Shown here piece after piece: positions 46,903-64,000 of a DNA stretch of 64,000 nucleotides (the stretch's first letter is position 1; each line of letters begins with the position of its first letter). The position numbers and the translations under genes were made by a program. Source of the stretch: Amoebidium appalachense (Eukaryota > Protista > Ichthyosporea); assembly GCA_963693365.1 (NCBI GenBank), contig CAVNZM010000017.1:5136708-5200707 (forward strand). The letters run 5' to 3'. Below the pieces are notes generated by a model. The model was not told the DNA's origin and searched no databases. It saw only the letters and a program-made list of their open reading frames with translations.

Positions 46903-47413
46903 GGCCTGCCCGCCCCTGTCGTCTCCTTGTGGTGGGTGTGATATAAAAAAGAGTTGAAAAGAAAAATTTTGAACGTCAACAAAACACCCAAGATGTGCAT
47001 GGTTACATAGTTGATGATGAATTTTATTTTTGTTTTTTGCCCCTTTGAACATTTATCATATTGATTTCTCTTGATTACACATGCCTTCTACTAAGTTTAT
47101 TCACACGATCCTTGGACTTCACTCGAGCAGGGCACATACGTCATAGCACCGTTGTAAGCAAAACTATTGACAACTTTCGCTGTCATTTGCATTGATAACA
47201 AGAAAAGAATTAAAGTCAACCATAGCCTTCATTCCTATTACCAACATGACGTATGCAACATACCGTCTTCCACATGAGATAAATTTTCTACAGCGAGCAT
47301 CTTATGTTGGTTGCACCATGTTTATCTCTGGTCCCGCGCATAATCCCTAATAAAGGTTAAACACAACACAGATTGCAGAGTACACACAAAGAGTATGCAT
47401 TATAAGCAGGGGC

Positions 47414-47513
<100 letters not shown>

Positions 47514-47806
47514 GTGTGTGTGTGCGCCCGCGCGCGCACGTGTGTGTGTGCGTGCGCGTCTGTGGGTGTGTTTGAGGGGGAGGGGGGAGGGGGGGTTCAA
47601 AATTAAAAAGTAAGGTAATGCTTGCAGGGTGTGAGTCTAGGGAGAAATAGTGGAAAAAGCACAAGCAAACAAGCCAACACAATAAAGAACAACAAACCCC
47701 ACAGCTACAAAAAAAGAAAGATACCGAAAAAGAAAGAATATTGAAAAAGCAGGGGTATAAAAACCCAGACCCAAAGACATGATACACAGAAAAAATGGCG
47801 CTATTT

Positions 47807-53191
<5,385 letters not shown>

Positions 53192-53973
53192 GGTGTTCAC
53201 TGTTGATCTCTGCTGCAGGCTTGAATCTTTGCAAAGGACATGTAACTGTGTCCGTCAAAGGGCTACCAATAATCTTCAGAAATCCTGCTATCAACGTGCA
53301 CGTTCAAAAAGAAATTACCAGTCTTTCAGTCTTTCCTATTCTTTTCAAAGACCTCTTCCACATATAACGATCATGATATCGCCACCTGGACGTCTAACAA
53401 AACTTGTGCCAGCAAAGTCTAGAAAGGGGCTTTCACTGTGGGCAACATGCACAATGTGGCACATGCACATTGCGGGTACGGTGACAGTACTCCAGTAAAC
53501 CACGGCCATGAGCCAGGGGGGGTCCAACGGCCGTCGTAATGAGAGTAAAAACAAAAGTTTTACAACAAAATTTTAATCTCATATATGCCAGCTATTTAGT
53601 CAAAGAAAATCCACCAACACCCATAAAGTCACGGATAGATCAAAACTAATTTGGTGAATCTGGCAGATGCAGTATTTAAGGCGGTTGTTCATATTATATT
53701 AGAAGTTTAACATCGGAGACTTCTACAATTTTCAACTTTTTGAAAAGCAGGAGCCACTCTGTGGGGTTTCTGCGGCACTAAGGTAGTAGTTGGCTAAACA
53801 CGCACCCAAATATTGCTATTGGATTAGATTTGAAGAGGCGGGAGATAACAGCTCATCATCTAATTGGCTATAGCGATATCATGCATCACCCTACACTTGA
53901 CAACGGCTCATCACCAAGATCAGTGCTGGGCGGCGGGGCTGCAGGTTCGTGGCTTCAAGTGAACTTCATATTT

Positions 53974-54009
<36 letters not shown>

Positions 54010-55664
54010 TACCCACGAAACCTTTTCTTTATCTGCCATAACTGAATTAAAAATAATGTAGGTCCATATAGCTCTGTTAGTGAGAGAAGTTATGCCTACT
54101 AGGAAAGGTTCGAAGGAAGACCGTGACAAGACCGTGGCTAAGATTATTCGGTCATCGATCTTATGACCGGTAAGACCCTGATCCAGCTGCCTGAATCCTG
54201 AATCATGCAGGTAAACGACGACCAATTTTTTGTAGCTGCCGATCATATGAACTGAAATTTATCTTGGAAATTCACTATGTAATTGTTTCCCTGTGTATGA
54301 TCAGTACGCCCTGGCTTACTTGCGTCTTGAGTGAAGCGGCCATGAACTGAATCAGCTGATCAGTGAAGTCCGACGGCCTATGGTGAATAATTGCTCCGCC
54401 GGCTGATGCCCAGTTTGTAGAATAGCTTCCCACCTATTCTGTGGAATGCTGACTCCGCTGGAGTTTCGAGCCAAGCCAACTTTGACCCGAGAAAGTTTTC
54501 TTCGCGAGTCAAACACTGTACTGTACACTATGCCAACAGGTATCTTGTATAATACGGCATTAGCCAAATAAAGTGGGAATAATAAGGTAAAATGATTTGT
54601 AATAGAAATTTAGAGGCATGTGGAGCAAAACTGGCCTAGTCTTCTAATTTATTACTACCTTTGGCTAGGAGGCTACTGGCTAATATTAGCGTCGAACCGA
54701 TTCGAGCTCTTGGGTCATTTTCATTTTTCACCGAACTCTCGAATTGACATGATTGGCTGCGAACTCGGCACGCCGTAGGTATTTACGGAAATAATCACGG
54801 CCAAGGATATTTTTTATATTTCATTTCTACAGCTCCATCCATGGTTAATTCGAATATTATAAGCTTGAGGCAACGAGGCAGATTGGAAGGAATTTTGTTG
54901 GTTCTTTCTAATAGTGTAAGGCACAAAATAAGAATAATTTTTATCTGCATTTGCTTGCCTTTAGTCTTTTTTTGATCGAAAAAACCAATTACTAATTTTA
55001 TTAGCGTGCTCAGTGACCATCCAACCGCCCGGGGGCCAAACATGTTTGGACCCCCCTTTCATGAACTTTCACAGATGTATGGTGAAGCAATATCTTATGC
55101 TTGGCTTCACGTGAGGCAATTTCGCATTCGAACCAATCTGTGGGAAGTAATATATGTCGGGGCTTAGGCATTTCTGATTGGCCGACGGCAGATTTTATCG
55201 TGGAAATAAGAAAAACTATTGTGTTTTGTTCTGGGGACAAAACAATAGCACCTTGTAAGGCAGTATTGTTGTTATCAAAATCCCTCTCTCCATATACATC
55301 CTTTTGATTTTAATATTCCCAATATTCATGCCGAAAGTAATAGAAAAACGACACGGAAGATGGCGCTAAAATCTCACCAAAATGCTCACCTTCAAGTCAA
55401 ATCTACCTTCGTGCTTTTCATCGGGGCAGATCCAGCCTATCATACTTGCGGGAACCAATCAGAATTCTCGACAGCTGGGTCGACACTATATAGACTCGAG
55501 CCCTGGCCACACATCAGCACATTCGCGCCATCCACGGCACACACACACAGGCAGAAAAGGCAAACTACCTGCAAACTTTTACCGCTGACCTGTGTGAGCA
55601 CAACACGCAAATACACACACACGCACACACATAAAAACATACACGTACAGACAACCCTCAAATC

Positions 55665-56340
55665 ATGGAGCCATACATGAGGATTCACTCCTCCGTCCCT
55701 GAGGACCCCAATGTCTTCCACACTCAAGACACAGCGATTGTCGACTTGCTTGCGAAGAAGGGCCGCATTTCTGAAAAGCGCATCACACGCAACCCTTTCA
55801 CCGGTTTGGGCTCTATGGAGTTTGTCGTGTGCACCACGGATTTCGCCATGTACAAACCGAAGGTTTTAGTTGCCGCCTCTCACTAATCTCGGGGAGACAA
55901 CTCCGTACCGCGGCACACATGCCACGCAACAAATTACGACGTGCATCATAGCTCAACCGTACGTTCTGCAGCAAGATTTTTTTGCAGCAAGTGTACTTAT
56001 TGCAGCTGATGTAGTTTTTGCAACAGGGCATTTGGTGCCAAGTGTGCGAGGTGGGAAGGATCAGCAAGCGTACTCCTTGCGACGTTTACTGTTTGCGAAG
56101 CCTGGAAATGCTCTTCGGAGTGACGACGAAGTCGATAACATTAGCGCACTAGCCTGGGCGCTGGAGGAAAGCTGCGAAGTCTCGCACTGTATTTCTAGCT
56201 TATGTCAAAATTTACGCGAGTACGCGAATGCACGTATATACATATATTGTATGATACTTGTACAGCCATTTATATTATATTATCTGGGTAGGTTATATAT
56301 TGTTTGTTTTTGTTGTTGCGCTGGGCGCGCAGTCGAATGA
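55665..56340 (+). other. Possible hypothetical gene or pseudogene (two overlapping ORFs)
   Basis: CCAAT (about 55456) and TATATA (about 55487) upstream; ORFs 55665-55886 and 55870-56340 are high-complexity; no family recognised. Confidence 0.3.
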
Positions 56341-57318
56341 TTTCAACATGGAGGCTTCAAAGCGTATACAATAAATTCACACCCTTTCCCGTTCATTTGC
56401 GACACTACCAAGGCCACCTACTGTACAGCACTTAGAGGGTCTTGGTTACAACAAACGGCCCCGTTTGCGGTTGAAATACCCAAATCCTCTCCTCTTGTAC
56501 TACTCACTCATCTCCTTCGAGCACACCCCCCAACAACTATAACACACGCCGGTTACACAAGTTGAAAAGCAAAAAAAAAAATAACTACGATCTTTTTCCA
56601 AGGGCATTTCTTCAAACCCCCCCCCCCCTACACATACACACACACTCCCTGGCCCTTCTGTGAACTCAGGTCTCTCTTTCAGGGCTTTTCTTCTCTCCCC
56701 GCCCCCTCCCCCCCCCCCCCCCCCCCCCCCCACCCACCCACCCACCCACCCACCCACCCACCCACCCATCCACCCTCCCCCCCGCGCGCAGACACAAACA
56801 ACGTGAACCTCTCTTTTAACAATCGATCTCAGCTCAAGACGAACCCGAACTCGAAGGACAGATGGGCACAGGACGTACAGTAACTGATCTTTAGCTCCTT
56901 GAGCCACTACAGCCATGTCTTTATAACAATCAATTTATACTGTTGTTTACAAACTACGGTGTCAACAACGACTCAACAAGTCGAGTTGCTACGTATGAGT
57001 ATGTTGCAAACCATCGCGTCTAATAACAAGTAGGACGTCGTATATGTGCACATGAAGCTTCATTCCCACATATTCTATTATACACATAACACACGTGTAG
57101 CTTTACGTGTTACTGCGCTGTGGCATTCTCCTACTCGGAATATGTACAATCCCAACGGCAAGGCAGTAGTGTGATCAAACCCAAAAGGACAGAGCCGGGA
57201 TGGGGGTGGGGGTGGGGGGGGGGAAACCAGACAAACATATAAATTCTAGTTTACTTATACATATACATATAGTATATGTGCATATACAATACTTGGCACC
57301 AATCCGAGTGGTTGCATT

Positions 57319-63892
<6,574 letters not shown>

Positions 63893-64000
63893 CTGCATCC
63901 CATACTTTCAGTCATACAACCGCTGCAACAACAACCACCCAAACACACACACAAACAACACACACGCGCACACTTGCACCCGCTCTTTCTTCAACCCCTT

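Overview
Eukaryotic genomic DNA with spliceosomal GT-AG introns and very dense poly-G/C, (CA)n and (GA)n tracts. An SBP2-like gene argues for a selenocysteine-using lineage, probably a protist such as a unicellular holozoan (inference). The first 24 kb holds three young Ty1/Copia LTR retrotransposons from two families: two near-identical + strand copies and one - strand element, all inserted in G-rich tracts. An intronless membrane-protein gene with a bacterial-looking domain sits between the two + strand copies. A degenerate LINE and at least four MITE families are also present. Spliced host genes reconstructed by hand are an SDT1-like HAD pyrimidine 5'-nucleotidase (+, 5' end not found), a DsbA/FrnE-like CPWC oxidoreductase (-, complete) and an SBP2-like L7Ae protein spliced in frame to a GOLD domain (-, 5' end outside the window). 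The most striking accessory feature is a locally duplicated family of secreted precursors: signal peptide, Pro/Ala repeat pro-region and a C-terminal CX3C-X10-CX3C helical-hairpin peptide. It has one intact gene, one frameshifted copy and two pseudogene fragments. Most other ORFs in the track are microsatellite or antisense artefacts. All family assignments come from motif recognition, not database searches.
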